Source: Gracilinanus agilis
Taxonomy: Eukaryota
Length of the DNA: 64,000 nt
Direction of reading: 5' to 3'
NCBI RefSeq assembly: GCF_016433145.1
Contig: NC_058130.1
Location: forward strand, 492,717,817-492,781,816
Position 1 is the first letter of the stretch. Every line of letters begins with the position of its first letter. The notes below the pieces were generated by a model. The model had not been told where the DNA came from. It was given only the letters and a program-made list of their open reading frames with translations, and ran no database searches. Positions 1-13,274 of the stretch are shown here, piece by piece. Both the position numbers and the translations under genes were made by a program.

Positions 1-1600
1 GAAAGTTTGCAATGGAGTTTCTTTTGTCAAGGAAGGTATGTGACACGAGGAGAGGATATTTGAAGGAAAGCTATCTGCCACTATTGCTTCTCCCTACTAC
101 TATTACCTAAATATGAAGGAAGAAGTTGACTTAGAAAGATTAGTGAAGCTTGCATACAGAGATGATAGGCAATTTTCAAAAGGATCCACTTATCACCAGA
201 TCTTCCAGTTCACTTTTACGTCCTGCAGAGAGTTTTCCTAGAAAGCTTTACCTTCCCAGAATTCATAGAGGAAGAGCTGACTACATGTGTTCTATTCCAG
301 TGGAAGAAGCCACAGAGAGTGACACAAATTCAAACAAGTCAGGATTCTGTTTATCCTAGAATAGCGAGGCCAGCTTAACTACTTCATCCCCAATGAGAAT
401 AGTATAACTTTTCCTGTTGCCTTTACTCACTACCTTGAAATCACAATGGAGACAGACCAGCATTTCCCTGGTACTCCACTACAAACTTTGTATATTGACT
501 GCTCCTATAATGTCTAAGAACAGGACACACCCACCCCTACCTTTATGCAGCGAAGTAGAACAAATAATCCCTCTTCCACATTGTAGTCCTTCAATTACTT
601 TAAGATAGCTACCACTCCTAAGTCTTTTCTCCAGATTAATTCTGTTTGGCACATAATTTCTGTTTTGGAGAGGTTTGAGAGGTCATAATGATCAGAGAAA
701 ATATCTAGTCCTCCATCTTCTTGATCACATGACCCAGAAGTTCCAGGCTAATTCTCATTTTCTTCAGTTGATCCACATGTGGCATGATCTCAAAATCTTT
801 GACTGTCTTGGTCATACTCTTTATTTTATTAATGTCATACCTAAAATATTGTGCCCCTTATTGGATTTATTACTCCTTATGTGTTCTAGCACAGTTAGTA
901 AGATTATTACCTATCCTTCTTCCAACCATTCCAGTCCTTGATACTGTTTCATTTAATGTAGCCTAACATTATATTACTTTTTTTGTGCCTGACCTCTTAC
1001 ACTGTGAGCACCTATTGAATTTGGTCTATTAAAACCCTCAGATCACTTTTCATATGAGCTTCTATTTAACCATGCCTCTCTAATTTCATGAATTCAGTTT
1101 TCTGAAGATGTCACAATTATCTGTTCAATTTCATCTTATTAGATTGAGCTCAGCATTTAAATTTTTTGAGATCTTATGGTATCTTTTTACAGTGAGTAAG
1201 CTATTCCCTCCTGGCCTTATGTCATCTGTAAATTTGATAGGCATCCTTTACTCAGAATCACAGCATCTTATAGCTGAAGGAGAATTCAGCCTTCTAGTCT
1301 GTTCCATATCTAAAAGGAATGCCCATTATGAAATAGCTGTCATTTGGTCACCCAGCCTCTGATTAAAGACTTCCAATGAGAAACCACAAACTCCAGATGC
1401 AGCCTATTGCTCTTTTGGACAAGATCTACTTTTTAAGTTTTTCCTATAAAGGCCCATATTTGCTGTGTCTCAGTTTTCATCTAGTACTCCTGGTTCTACT
1501 TATTGAGGCCAAACAGAAAGCTCTAATCCTTCCACATGTCAGTCCTTCAAATATTTAAAAACTCAAATCACATTCTGCCTTAGCCTGTTAATTAATTCTT

Positions 1601-1807
1601 TTAAAAAAAAAAAAAACCCTTACGTTCTGTTTTGGAATTGATACTAAATAGTATGCAGAAGAGCAGTAAGGGCTAGGCAATTAGGGTTAAGTCTCTTGCT
1701 CAGGGTCCCACAAATAGAAAATGTCTGCAGTCAGATTTGAACCAAGGAGGAGGACTCTTCCTGATTCCAGGCATAATATTCTATCCACTGTGATACCTAG
1801 CAGCCCC
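1601..1807 (-). mobile_element. Diverged SINE1_Mdo-like tRNA/CORE SINE
   Basis: aaacccttac..aagagcagtaagggctaggcaa..gatttgaacc..ctagcagcccc matches the other copies in the window in reverse. Confidence 0.75.
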
Positions 1808-2597
1808 TGTTAATTACCTTTTGGGGTCTACACATTCAACCAATTCTTACTTCACCTAACTTTTCTATTGTCTAGTCCTCTTTCCTCCATCTTGTCCAAG
1901 AGAATATCATGTCATACTGTCCAACACTGCTAAAAATCTAGGTAAGCTATAACTATAGCAAAAATTCTATATCATTTACTTCAGTTTCCTCATCTATATT
2001 TAGGAGTTGAACTAGATGATACAAGCTATGTTAGGAGTATTTATTATGCATTTGTGTTCCAAACACAGTGCTGTCTTGTAGCTCTGACTTTTCTACAAAT
2101 GTAGTCATCCTTCAGATGTACTTCTGTATTAGAAAGACTTAGGTTGCAATTTAAATTAAAACCTATTCTGTGTCACTTTCTTCATGACGTTTTTCATGCT
2201 TCTGTAACTGAAAAAGATCTGCAAATCTTTCACAATTCTTGATTTTGTACACTATAAGCTCCCTAAAAGCAGGTATCATATCCTATTCATCTTCGTATCC
2301 CTTAACACCAAGCACAATTTATCTTTTTAAAGTAGACCTTTAATAAATGATTGCTTTAATAAATATTTTCATATGTGTCTAGGTCAGTGAAAAAAATAGC
2401 ATAAAATATACAATGAGAAAATTCATTTCATTTTTATGTTCCTCAAGCAAGCCTTTCATTGTCTTCTGTTTTGATTCTTGACTAAAATTACTTGAAAGCA
2501 TGTAACAAGCAGTAAGGGGAGAAAATGTGATGCCTTCTATATTGACCACTTGCTCTTACCTCATGGCTGCAAATTTGGTTTGTTCTCATTTATTCTT

Positions 2598-2787
2598 TTT
2601 TTTTTTTTTAAACCCTTGTACTTCGGTGTATTGTCTCATAGGTGGAAGATTGGTAAGGGTGGGCAATGGGGGTCAAGTGACTTGCCCAGGGTCACACAGC
2701 TGGGAAGTGGCTGAGGCCGGGTTTGAACCTAGGACCTCCTGTCTCTAGGCCTGACTCTCACTCCACTGAGCTACCCAGCTGCCCCCG
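2598..2787 (-). mobile_element. Young full-length SINE1_Mdo
   Basis: Consensus-like sequence with A-tail; 17-bp TSD tgttctcatttattctt at 2581-2597 and 2788-2804; L1-endonuclease-like target (tttt|aaga on the element strand). Confidence 0.93.
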
Positions 2788-3314
2788 TGTTCTCATTTAT
2801 TCTTAAAATTTCACCTCTAGCAGGCCCCTTACTTTAAAAATAATGATTGTTTTAATCCTTTTTTAGGAAAACATTGACAGAATACTTTTTTATTCTGTTT
2901 CAAAAGCCAGAGTAAAATCAAGTCTTTTATAATATTAAAATGACAATCAGTTCAACTTCAAAAAGTTTTCAAGTAACCTACTAGAAAATTGTGGAACAGT
3001 CCATTTTCATGCATTTTGAACTTTGAGGGTTTTTTTAAATATAATTTTTGATGTATGTATTAGTAATAAATACTAACACATATTACTAACAATTTGAGCA
3101 CGTGTTAGCTTTATGGCCATCAAAGCTGGCACCTGTTTCATCATAAGCTCTAGGGTTTTCATCAGTAAATAAGATTATGGGCAGTTAAGGAGCTTTTGAG
3201 ATCATCTGGTACAATATCTTCATTTTATAGATTTTCTTTAAAGTCTTAAGGTGCTGACAGTGACCTAGACCTAGAAAACCTGCTAGACTTAGACCTAGAA
3301 AAAATAAATCACTA

Positions 3315-4030
3315 TGCATTTATTAAATACTTACTTACTATGTACAAGCCCTGTGTCAAGTCTTAAGTATACAAAGACAAAAGTGAATCAGTTGATGCTT
3401 TAGATATACTTAAAACCTTCATATAGCACACACAAGGTAACCTTGGCTGAGAAGGCAGAGTAGCATCAAGTGGGACCAGGAAGAGACCTCCTACAGAAAG
3501 TAGCACTTGAGCTAAAAATTTTTTTTTAAACCCTTGTACTTCGGTGTATTGTCTCATAGGTGGAAGATTGGTAAGGGTGGGTAATGGGGGTCAAGTGACT
3601 TGCCCAGGGTCACACAGCTGGGAAGTGGCTGAGGCCGGGTTTGAACCTAGGACCTCCTATCTCTAGGCCTGACTCTCACTCCACTGAGCTACCCAGCTGC
3701 CCTGAGCTAAATCTTGAAGGAAGTTCCAGGAGGCACAAAGGAGAACAAGTATTATCTTCCAGGGATGAGGGATATCATCTATACAAAGACACAATGGCAA
3801 TACTTGGATGTATGTAAAGAACAGAATGTAAAGAACAGAATCTTTATCTCTACTCTTATCTGATCTCTACCCAGAAGAGAGGGCATCAGGTTCAATGTCA
3901 AAGAAGTCAAAGCATGTATGTAAAGAACAGAAAAGTCTATATGGTTCTAACATAGAGTATGTGTAAAGGTGAGTAATATAAAGACTGGGAAAGGAGGGAG
4001 AGGCCAGGTGGTAAAGACCTTTAAATGCCA
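3315..4030 (-). mobile_element. L2 LINE relic (3' end), interrupted by a SINE and a short insert
   Basis: Reverse L2 tail gcatttattaaatac..tactatgtacaagccctgtg..atacaaagac and gtagcacttgagct..cttgaaggaag. Confidence 0.65.
3517..3702 (-). mobile_element. Young full-length SINE1_Mdo
   Basis: Two substitutions relative to the copy at 2598; 9-bp TSD tgagctaaa at 3508-3516 and 3703-3711. Confidence 0.93.
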
Positions 4031-4818
4031 AACAGAAAAGTTCTTCTTACTACCAATGTAGTGTTTTTTTCCACTAAGCCATAATGGACATAAAGCAATG
4101 AAATAAAATTATATTGTGTTAATGCAAGCATTTTCTGCCTTCAAATCATGCTAGTTATATATGATTAGAGCATTTTGATGGCTTTACTCTCTCTCAAAAG
4201 GCAATATGGGGAAATTTTTATTATTATTTAATAGCTCAGGTTTATATAGCTTTTGAAGTAGGGAGAATGCTTTACATAAATGATTTCATTTAAGCTATAC
4301 AGTGGTCTCAAGGTAGGTGCTATTACACATTTTATGATTTCAGTGTTATAAGAGTAAATATAAAAAAATCAGAAAAAAGATTTAACTTCTTTAAAGAAAG
4401 TAGTTTTATATTTGTTTATGATCACTAGATTTTTTTAAAATGTGGGATTTGTATTCTCTCTATAATATTTACAAACTCTGACTAGAGGTTAAAGTAAACC
4501 ACTTAATCTGGGATCTAGGTTTTTTTACAAATGGACTCTCTCTGGGCATGCTTTTTGTTGTAGCCCTACTGGGTAAGGTCCTCTACTATAAGATGTCACT
4601 AATGGAAGGGTTGAAAGAATTCTCTCTTCTTACCTGATGGACTTCAGAGAAGGAACAAGGGAAGATATAAATAAAAAAAAATTTTCTCCTGAATAGCTAA
4701 ATTCTTCTTCCATAGCTGCTGACTCACCATTATTGATCACTCAGGCAGTGGCTAATGACTAATAATCTATTGTTTAATTTACAGAGCTTTTTACATTTCC
4801 CAAATTTGTGAACACTTT

Positions 4819-5233
4819 AAAAAAATCCTTACCTTCTGTCTTAGAATCAATACTATGTATTGGTTCCAAGGCAGAAGAGTGGGAAGGCTAGGCAGTGGGA
4901 ATTAATGCCTGGGGTCATGCAGCAAGGAAGTATCTGAAGTTATATTTTATTCCCAAATCTCCCCTCTTTAGATCTGGATCTCTCAATCCACTAAGTCAAT
5001 GATGGGCAAACTTTTTTTAATGAGGGGGCCAAAGGAAAAGAAATGCTCATCTGTCAGTCTATTTCTAAGGCAACTCTTTTGAAGTTTCATTGTATTGTAT
5101 CCTACTCATTGTATTCGTCAGACTAGGAATAATGTCGCTGGGCAGGATAGAACATTTCAGCCCCCACCCCGACCCCAATCTGGCCCACAGGCCATAGTTT
5201 GCCCATCACTGCACTAAGTAATCTAGCTGCCCC
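4819..5233 (-). mobile_element. Older SINE1_Mdo split by a hAT MITE
   Basis: SINE runs from atccttaccttctgtcttag to tctcaatccactaag and resumes as taatctagctgcccc after the insert. Confidence 0.85.
4997..5211. mobile_element. Non-autonomous hAT/Charlie DNA transposon (MITE, opossum Charlie/hAT-type), 215 bp
   Basis: 16-bp TIRs caatgatgggcaaact (4997-5012) and agtttgcccatcactg (5196-5211), 15/16 complementary; perfect 8-bp TSD cactaagt (4989-4996, 5212-5219) with central TA. Confidence 0.92.
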
Positions 5234-7167
5234 CAGTGGACATTTTCATGTTTCTGTAATAATTATGTCTCACAAGGTTGCTGTGATTATAAAGCACTTG
5301 GCAAACTTTTAAACACCATGAACATTCTCATTGCTATGCTTACATAAATATTTGATATAAGTGATTTTAAAATGTGCTTAGGTTCCTAACACCATGCACA
5401 TTCCTCTTTCTTTGACTGCTTTTATGCCTTCATTCATATAAAATCATCACCAGTGTTTCTTCAAGGAAGAATTCCATAAGAAAATGTAATAAAACCTCAC
5501 TGAGACAATAAAGGGAATTAAAAGGAAACATTGCCTCTTTCATTAGAAGCTTACAATGTAGTTTGAGAAAAAAGTTAGGTTAACAGCATAAGAAAAGTTG
5601 TGATTAGATGCCAAAGTGAATGCTACAGAGAATAGGACTGTATGAGTAAAGAAGTTTCAAGGAACTCTACTTGGAAACTATCCTGGCTATACTTTGTTAG
5701 TTTAGTTCATGCTGCTTGGTGAATAATAACATGGATTTAAAATTTTTACTAATCCAGACTATCCTTCTCCCCCAAATAGCCAGATTTGAGAATTTACTGT
5801 AATTTAAATGAGAGATGCTATCATTTATAATTTAAATGTATGTTTAATAACCTTTTTTAGTGGAGAGGAGAAAAATATTTAAGACTTATGATTCTGTCAG
5901 TAACTTCAGAACTGACAACCACTGGCATTTAGAGAGGCTTACAAGGTGTCATAAATACATTATTTCTTTTAATCCTCAGTTGTATTTTACTTAGATTTTG
6001 TTAAACCTTTGCAAATTTGCATAAAAAATTGACTACATAAGGCTCCTTCTGACTACAATATTTACTTAGGATCCTGTGTACAGAGTGCTTGAGTAGATTT
6101 GGAAATACTACCAAAAAGGAAAAGAAACAGTCACTAACAAAGTATATATGTACGTATACATATACATGTGAATAGGATTTGCTTTCAATTTCATTGTGTC
6201 TTTCACTGGCATAACTCTTGTTTATCAGTATAGAAACTGGAAAACATTTAAAAAAGGAAAGTACTTTTCCTCTTCCTTCCCATAGAAAGGACAATAAATT
6301 TATGAAAGGGGATGGTGATTCTGTTTGGGTTGATGCTTTGTATTGAGCTGAAAGAAGATGCTATTCATTCATATTATACATTGAAAAATTAGGAAGATAG
6401 GGGAACTGGACAGCTTCTGTCAATTTTAAGTAACATGTCATAATTTCTAGAATCACTAAAACTCTGATTTGTAAAATCTGAACCAACCTATAGTTGAACG
6501 CCTTGAACCACTATGGACTTTAAAAAAAAAGTAACATATAGCCACATAAGTATATGTACAAAAATTAAAATCTAACAATAAATAAACATAACTTTTGGAT
6601 TATCTGCCATTTGAGATTATCTATACATAACTATTAGATTGTTTAGTCAAGAGTTATCTTTTGTTTTTATCACGTTATAGAGCAAGAAATGCTTCAGAGA
6701 GATAGGTCTAATAAGGAATGATATACAATTCAAATTCTTCCCTGGTGGGTTCAAATATTGCCTCTTAGTATCTGAGGGACCATTTGCAACTGGTTTGAAT
6801 TCACTTGTCCTTGGTTCCTTCATCTATAAAATAAGGGGATTGAACCCTTCCAGCTCAAAATTCAAGATAGGTCTCATCATCGTGTCTCTCAAAACACCCC
6901 CCAATTGTTTTCGTAGGCACCATTGCAATCTTAGTCTGTTAGGCTTAGAACATTGCATTCATCATTCCACAGCCCCTCCCCTGATCATTCAATATCTTTT
7001 TTTTTTTGGTAATACTTCTAGGATCTAATTCTTTTTCCTCTTTTTTTTCCTTTACATGGCTACAAGTCAAGCCTTTTAATCTAATCTCTTCAACTTCTCA
7101 ATTTGCATTATACCCTTTCTCCAATGTACTCTATTGATTGTAACTCACATTTTTTGGTAGCACTTTT

Positions 7168-7488
7168 TTTTAATTAATTAATCAATTTAGAATATTTTCC
7201 CATGGTTACATGATTCATGCTCTTTCCTGCTCCTCTTTCCTCCCTCCTCCTGGAACTGACAGGCAATTTCACTGGGTTATACATATATCATTTTTCAAAA
7301 CACATTTCCATATTATTAGTATTTGCAATAGAGCGATCATTTAAAGCCAAAATCCCCAATCATGTACCCATTGAACTATGTGATCAATATGTCTTTCTCT
7401 GTGCTTCTACTCCCACAATTCTTTCTCTGGATGTGAATAGTGTTCTTTCTCCTAAGTCTCTTGGGATTGTCCTGGATCATTGCATTGT
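7168..7488 (-). mobile_element. 5'-truncated L1 (3'UTR only)
   Basis: Marsupial L1 3' end (ttccatggttacatgattcatg..); 11-bp TSD gtagcactttt at 7157-7167 and 7489-7499. Confidence 0.88.
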
Positions 7489-7544
7489 GTAGCACTTTTC
7501 TTACTTACTGCATTTGACTTCGGGGGGTTTAGTATTACAGATGG

Positions 7545-7698
7545 TATTATCCTCATTTTACAGATGAGGAAACTGAGGATCAGAGAGGTTAAGTGACTTA
7601 TACATGATTGCACAACTAATAAAGGTCAGGCACTGGATTCATATTTAGGTCTCTCCTGATTTCCAAACCCATCATGCTTTCCACTAACCCATTCTGCC
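7545..7698 (-). mobile_element. MIR/Ther CORE SINE
   Basis: cattttacagatgaggaaactgagg..ggttaagtgactt core. Confidence 0.8.
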
Positions 7699-8435
7699 AT
7701 ATTAAAAAAGACTGTTCTCAAGAGGCACTTTGCTATTATTCCCTTTTATAAGACAAGCACTAGTGATATTTAGATGGAAGCAAAGAAAAATGTCTAATAA
7801 GGGAAGACAACATACTAAAGAATGGTAGTAAGGGAATACTGTTTTAGATGGGGAAACAAGAAGGAATGGTGATTGGACTCAGTGGGCTATTGATAAATCC
7901 TTTATAGTAATAGAAATATTGATTTGATTACCCTTCTCAAGAGTTGGAAAGGGGACAGGGGAGTAGCATGGCATGGAGGACATGTCCAGGAAGGTTTTAG
8001 TCTAAGCACGATAAAATGAATACCCACCAATCAAATATTTCTAAACTGAAATAAATACACAGAGCCCAGAGATTTTGGAATACTGATGTAGCTTTAATTA
8101 GTTTTTACTGGAATGCTCAGGACAAGGTTTATACAAGAATTTAAATTATATGGATTTCTTCGCTCCTTTGGGAAATGTAGTAAAAGGATAAGCTGGCAAC
8201 TTTTGTGTGCACTTCTGCTTGTGTATTCAAATAACTTTCCAATAGTGAAGTTTAGGTTTAGGTAAGGCACTCAAAATTTCTGAAATGCAACTTTCTTTTT
8301 AAAAAAAAAAATGAATATGATATCCAAAATGGAAAGGAAGGAATATAGAAGACATTGGGCACAGTAGTTTGTTCCAGAGGAAAAAGAATACTGAAAAGAA
8401 TAGAAGATCCAAACAAAGTGATTCATTTTGATTAT

Positions 8436-8545
8436 TTTCAGAGCTTTTTCTATAGTTTCATTTTATATATATATAGTTTATATATATATATATATTATAT
8501 ACATATTATATATATAGTTTCAGAGCTTTTTCTATAGTTTCATTT
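8436..8545. repeat. (TA)n-rich tract between two 28-bp direct repeats
   Basis: tttcagagctttttctatagtttcattt at 8436-8463 and 8518-8545. Confidence 0.85.
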
Positions 8546-9948
8546 CTGCACTTTATTCTGACACTCTCAGGTTCATTCATTCCTTTGAAATAACTTCTCA
8601 TGATTCCCTCTTAATCCAAGAGAGTGTCTGTATGAACTGGCAAAACTGTATTTACCAAGAAACTATAGACAAGTCTTGTTTGCATGTCAGAAGCTATTAA
8701 ATTTCCCTGCTTTTTTCAGTGTCTCTAGAATCTTAGAATAATGAATCATCCCTGGAAATTTCCCTTCCCTGTTAGTGAACAGACATAAATATGGTAGTAC
8801 ATTTGATGAAGTGTCATGCTGGATATACCAACTTTGTTGTTGAGGAAACACTGCACATACCTGTAACTTTTTGTCTTTTTTTTCCTATGAGTGATTTTTC
8901 CAACTTTGTTTTTATTATTGTTTTTAAAATTAAGGAAAATATTACACTGACTATTGGAACAAATGTGTTGAAAAATGCCAGAACATTTTCTTCATAAACT
9001 TTTCAGATGTCAGGCAGCACTACAAAATCTTGTAGCTTTAATTAGTTACCTTTGTAATTATATATGTCCACATATGCATTTGGTATAAACAAGACAAGTA
9101 AAACTTTCAGTCATTTTGAAGCCATAAAAGAAAACTTTGTTGAGCAAAGCTAGAAATTTGGGGTTAAATGAAATTGACAGTGTTTATTTTTTCATTGTCC
9201 TTTGTTGACTTAAAGCTTGGTAGTTTGTTAACCTGCAAGAAATATAATAATTTGGTTTGGTTACAGGATTAACAGATCTGTTATGTTTCAGAATTGAAGG
9301 CCCCAAGGGAAGCAAAAGGGAAAATTTGGGGAGGAAAAAAAAATTTTATTTTTCTAATCTTCTAGTTCACTTTTTTAACCCTTTCACTTGGTCTTCATAG
9401 TTCTGGGTTTAACTTTAAAAGTTTGCCTTTTGCAAGCCAAGGTCCACAAATTGATTTTTAAAAAAATACTATACCTATTAATGATATAAAGATAGAGATT
9501 CACTGAAAGCACAGTTTAAAAAGCTAGAATCATTCCTAGAATTCAGTAGACATACACTTAAGAACAAAATAGTCACTTTTAGACAACTCCTAGATACAGC
9601 CAAATTTTAGAACATAATAAATGTTCAGTAAATATTAATTTCAGTCTTATTTAGACAAAGTTCTCTGGCCCTTTTTTACTGATAGAGAAAACGTAGTACA
9701 AGAAACTTTAGTGCAGCTGTAGAAAATATAATTACTGTATGTCTCGTGCATATATTGAAAATCTACCTATATAGTAAAACCTAATAGGAAAGAAACATGC
9801 ATTTGTTAAGCATCTGTTATGCATCAGGTTCTGTTCTAAGCACTTGGCATATGTTATCTCCTTTGATCTTCACAACAATCCTGAGAGCTAGAAGGCATCG
9901 TATCATCTAGAACAACCTCCTCATTTGATAAGGATATACCTGAAGTTT

Positions 9949-10195
9949 GGACAAGCCAGGTAGTACAATGGTTAGAGTATCAGGCCTAAAGACAGGAAGA
10001 CTCATCATCTTCATGAATTCAAGTCTGACCTCACATATATATTATCTGTGTAACTCTGAGCAAGTCACTTAACCTTGCTTGCCTTAGTTTCCTCATCTGT
10101 AAAATAAGGTGGAGAAGGAAATGGCAAACTACTCCAGTAACTTTGTCAAGAGAACCCCCAACTGAAAAGTTGGATAGGTCTAAAAATTTCTGAAT
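9949..10195 (+). mobile_element. MAR1-type marsupial SINE (tRNA head, CORE, RTE-like tail)
   Basis: gcaagtcacttaacc..cagtttcctcatctgtaaaat followed by ggagaaggaaatggcaaactactccagt. Confidence 0.8.
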
Positions 10196-10469
10196 GATTT
10201 AACCGAAGTTCAGAAATCACAAAGATAGATGCCCACCTGTTGGCATGGCATCATAGCCACAGAGCCAGGAATACCCAATTTCAAATCCCACCTATTAGAT
10301 TTACCACCTGAGTAATTTTATTTCTCCATTCATTTCTTTGTGCTGCGGTTAGCTCCCTAGGACTGATCATCTGTCTAGGTCATAGAAACCTGGATCGGTA
10401 GAGAGATTTCCCTCTCAGGAGTATGCTTTACTCATGAAATCACAGGATATTTTCTCCCTACTTTTCATA

Positions 10470-11210
10470 TCTCTATCAATTGTACCACCATATTTTAAGT
10501 TACAAAGCTTCAAAATCTCAATCATTCTTAATGCCTCACTTTTCCTCACTCAGCATATCTAATCAATTCCCAAGCTGTACTGATTCTACCTCCAGAGGAG
10601 ATTTCATGTATTCCCTTCCTTTCCATTTATGTGGTCACCACACCAGCCTTCATAGCTTCTCATCTGGACTATTGCAATAATATCCCAATTTGGTCACCTT
10701 GCTTCTAGTCACTTCATCTCAAGTCCATCCCCCATTCCCATATTTCTAAAGTGGGAGTATCACAATGTCACTTCTGCTTAGCAAACTCTAGAGTTTCCTT
10801 TTAAGTGAAACCTCTCCATTTAACTTTTAAAACCCTTTTCATCCTAATTCCAATCTACCTTTCTAACCTTTAATCCTTGTCATACTAATTTATCCAGACT
10901 GACCTTCTTGCTGTTTCTCACACATAATACTCCATCTCCTATTACAGTTCTTCTGGGAAGATCATCCCTCCTCAACTCTGCCTCTTAGAATCTCTAACTT
11001 CCTTCAAGATTCAGCCTTCATGAGGCTTTTCCTGATCCTCATAGCTGCTAGCAATACTGCCTCGAAGAACACCTGCTTTTATTTTGTATATATCTCTTCT
11101 GATAGAATATAAGTTTCCTGAGGCCATGAATTGTTTGATTTTGTCTTTCCCTCCCTAGCATCTCCCACAGTATGTAGTAGAGTTATGTTAGAAGCTTTAT
11201 AAATTCTTGC
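10470..11210 (+). mobile_element. L2 relic
   Basis: ctggactattgcaataa.. motif and an L2-like 3' end (agaatataagtttcctgagg..ctagcatc..ataaattcttg). Confidence 0.6.
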
Positions 11211-12506
11211 AAATTGGTATTACATGCTTCCTTTTTTTTAATTTTTCTTTTGAATATTTTCCCATAGTTAAATGTTTTGTTACATACTTCTTAGCCATTT
11301 AAGACTTTCTATTGTTATATGATATTGGTATGTTCAATGGAATTCCATCAAAATAATTCATTTTAAAAAAAATTCCGATTCCATGAAGTACTTGTAGCAA
11401 TTCATTTTTCTTGATTCCTGATAAAGCTGAAAATACAGGACCCATGTTTCAAGTGGTTTAGGATACAAGAGTTCACATAAGTACATTTCATAAATCATCT
11501 TGAGATAACTATGAATTTCTGGCAGATAAGTTAACACTTCTGCCTATAGTTCCCCAAACTTTCTCCAGCATTCTAGTAAACTATGGATATAGATAAGGAC
11601 AACTAAATTAGGGAGAGTTTTCCACTCAGATTTTTGTAACTTGTGTTACCCTGTCTTTAGATGGTGAGAATAGCATGATCTACTTGGTCTGCTTTGAAAG
11701 TTTAAATAGCTTCATGCTTAAGCATCTGTTTCATTGTCTCAGTCCTCAAATTTATGAATAGAACCTGATTACACTTCCCTTTTCAGCAGTTTCCCACTTC
11801 ATTTTGCCTTTCAGGCTTCCTATCCCTCATTTTGCTCAGTTAACCTGTTCTGATGAAACAATCTGTTTAAAATACTGGAAAATTTTAAATAGAAAGGTAG
11901 GAAATTCTCATTCTGCTGTTTTTCTCTTACAATTTTATTAAAACCATATTGATTGTAAAGGCCAAGAGGTTTTTAGGTGACTCAGATGGGTTATGTGTTC
12001 TTTTTTTGACTTTTCTCTCCAGAAATTCACTTAGGGAAGTAACTAAAAAATTCCCATTATGCTGTTGTGGAAAGGACATACATGTAAGCTGTATATCAGA
12101 GACCCTTTCACTACTCACACCTTTCTGGACTTCTTTGATCCATTTTCCTTCCTTTCTCCTTTTGTGTGCCAACAGTATTATTATTTTGCTAGCCCAAAAT
12201 AGAAATAACAATTTTGCAGGTTAAGTGTCAACTACTGCTATGAGACATTTGAAAATAATAGGAAGAATAAAATTATTTCCCTCAAAATTTTGTTGTAATA
12301 TGTTTTTCAATTTTCATTTTAGTAAAAAATATAACTAATGGAAACAAGGAGACATGGTATAATGAAAAAAAGCAAAAGATTAAAAAAAAAAAAACAGGAT
12401 TCTAGCTCTACTCACCCTGGAATCTATTCAAATTCTACCTCTGACACTTCCTTAATGAGCTTAGGGCAAGTCACTCATGCAGAGGGAGGGCCTCATTTTC
12501 CTCATC

Positions 12507-12710
12507 TTTTTTTTTTTTTTTAAACCCTTACCTTCTGTCTTAGAGTCAATACTGTGTAAGAAGTACCAGAAGAGTGGTAAGGGCTAGGCCATGGGGGTTA
12601 AGTGACTTGCCCAGGGTCATACAGTTGTGAAGTGTCTGAGGCCAGATTTGAACCTAGGATCTCCCGTCTCTAGTTCTTATTCTTAACCCACTGAGCTACC
12701 CACCTGCCCC
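12507..12710 (-). mobile_element. SINE1_Mdo inserted into a + strand MIR (about 12340-12790)
   Basis: Full SINE with T-tail; MIR core cctcattttcctcatct resumes as aaaatgaagagttggact. Confidence 0.85.
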
Positions 12711-13274
12711 CTTCCTAATATATTTTAAAATGAAGAGTTGGACTACTGGCTTCTGAGGTCGCTTCCTGCTCTAAAAACTGTTTCTCCCTACCAACCATGT
12801 AGCCTGGAGCAAGTTCCTAAATTGTATGCTCTGGTTTCCCTAGTTAAGAAATGAGAAATTATCTGCCTTGCCTAATTCACAAAATTTTTGTGATAACTTA
12901 GACAACTAATACAATTTTACCTCTCTGGGAAAAACATGTCTCCCCTTTATAAAATCCCTCAGTTCAGTCTGCATAAAAGGCATATTCTTTATCATATTTA
13001 GTATATTTATGAGTCTCTCTTTGGAAAACAATTAAAATTGAAAATGATGTTTGTTTAAAAAACAAACAAAAACAAAGTTGGTAAACTAGTCAGGAAATAG
13101 AATAAGCTCAATGATATCCATAGTTGTGATTCAATTTTTTAAGAATCCTTGATTTTGTTCATGTTGGGGTGAGAGAGAGAGAGAGGTTTCAGTTAGCCAA
13201 CCTGCTACATGAATCGTAGATATATATACTTAAAAGTCCTAATCTCATAGGATCTTTTTTTTTTTAAAGTATGC

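Noticed and set aside
2611-2785. tRNA-like A/B boxes as tRNA genes
   Set aside because: They are SINE heads; no complete cloverleaf
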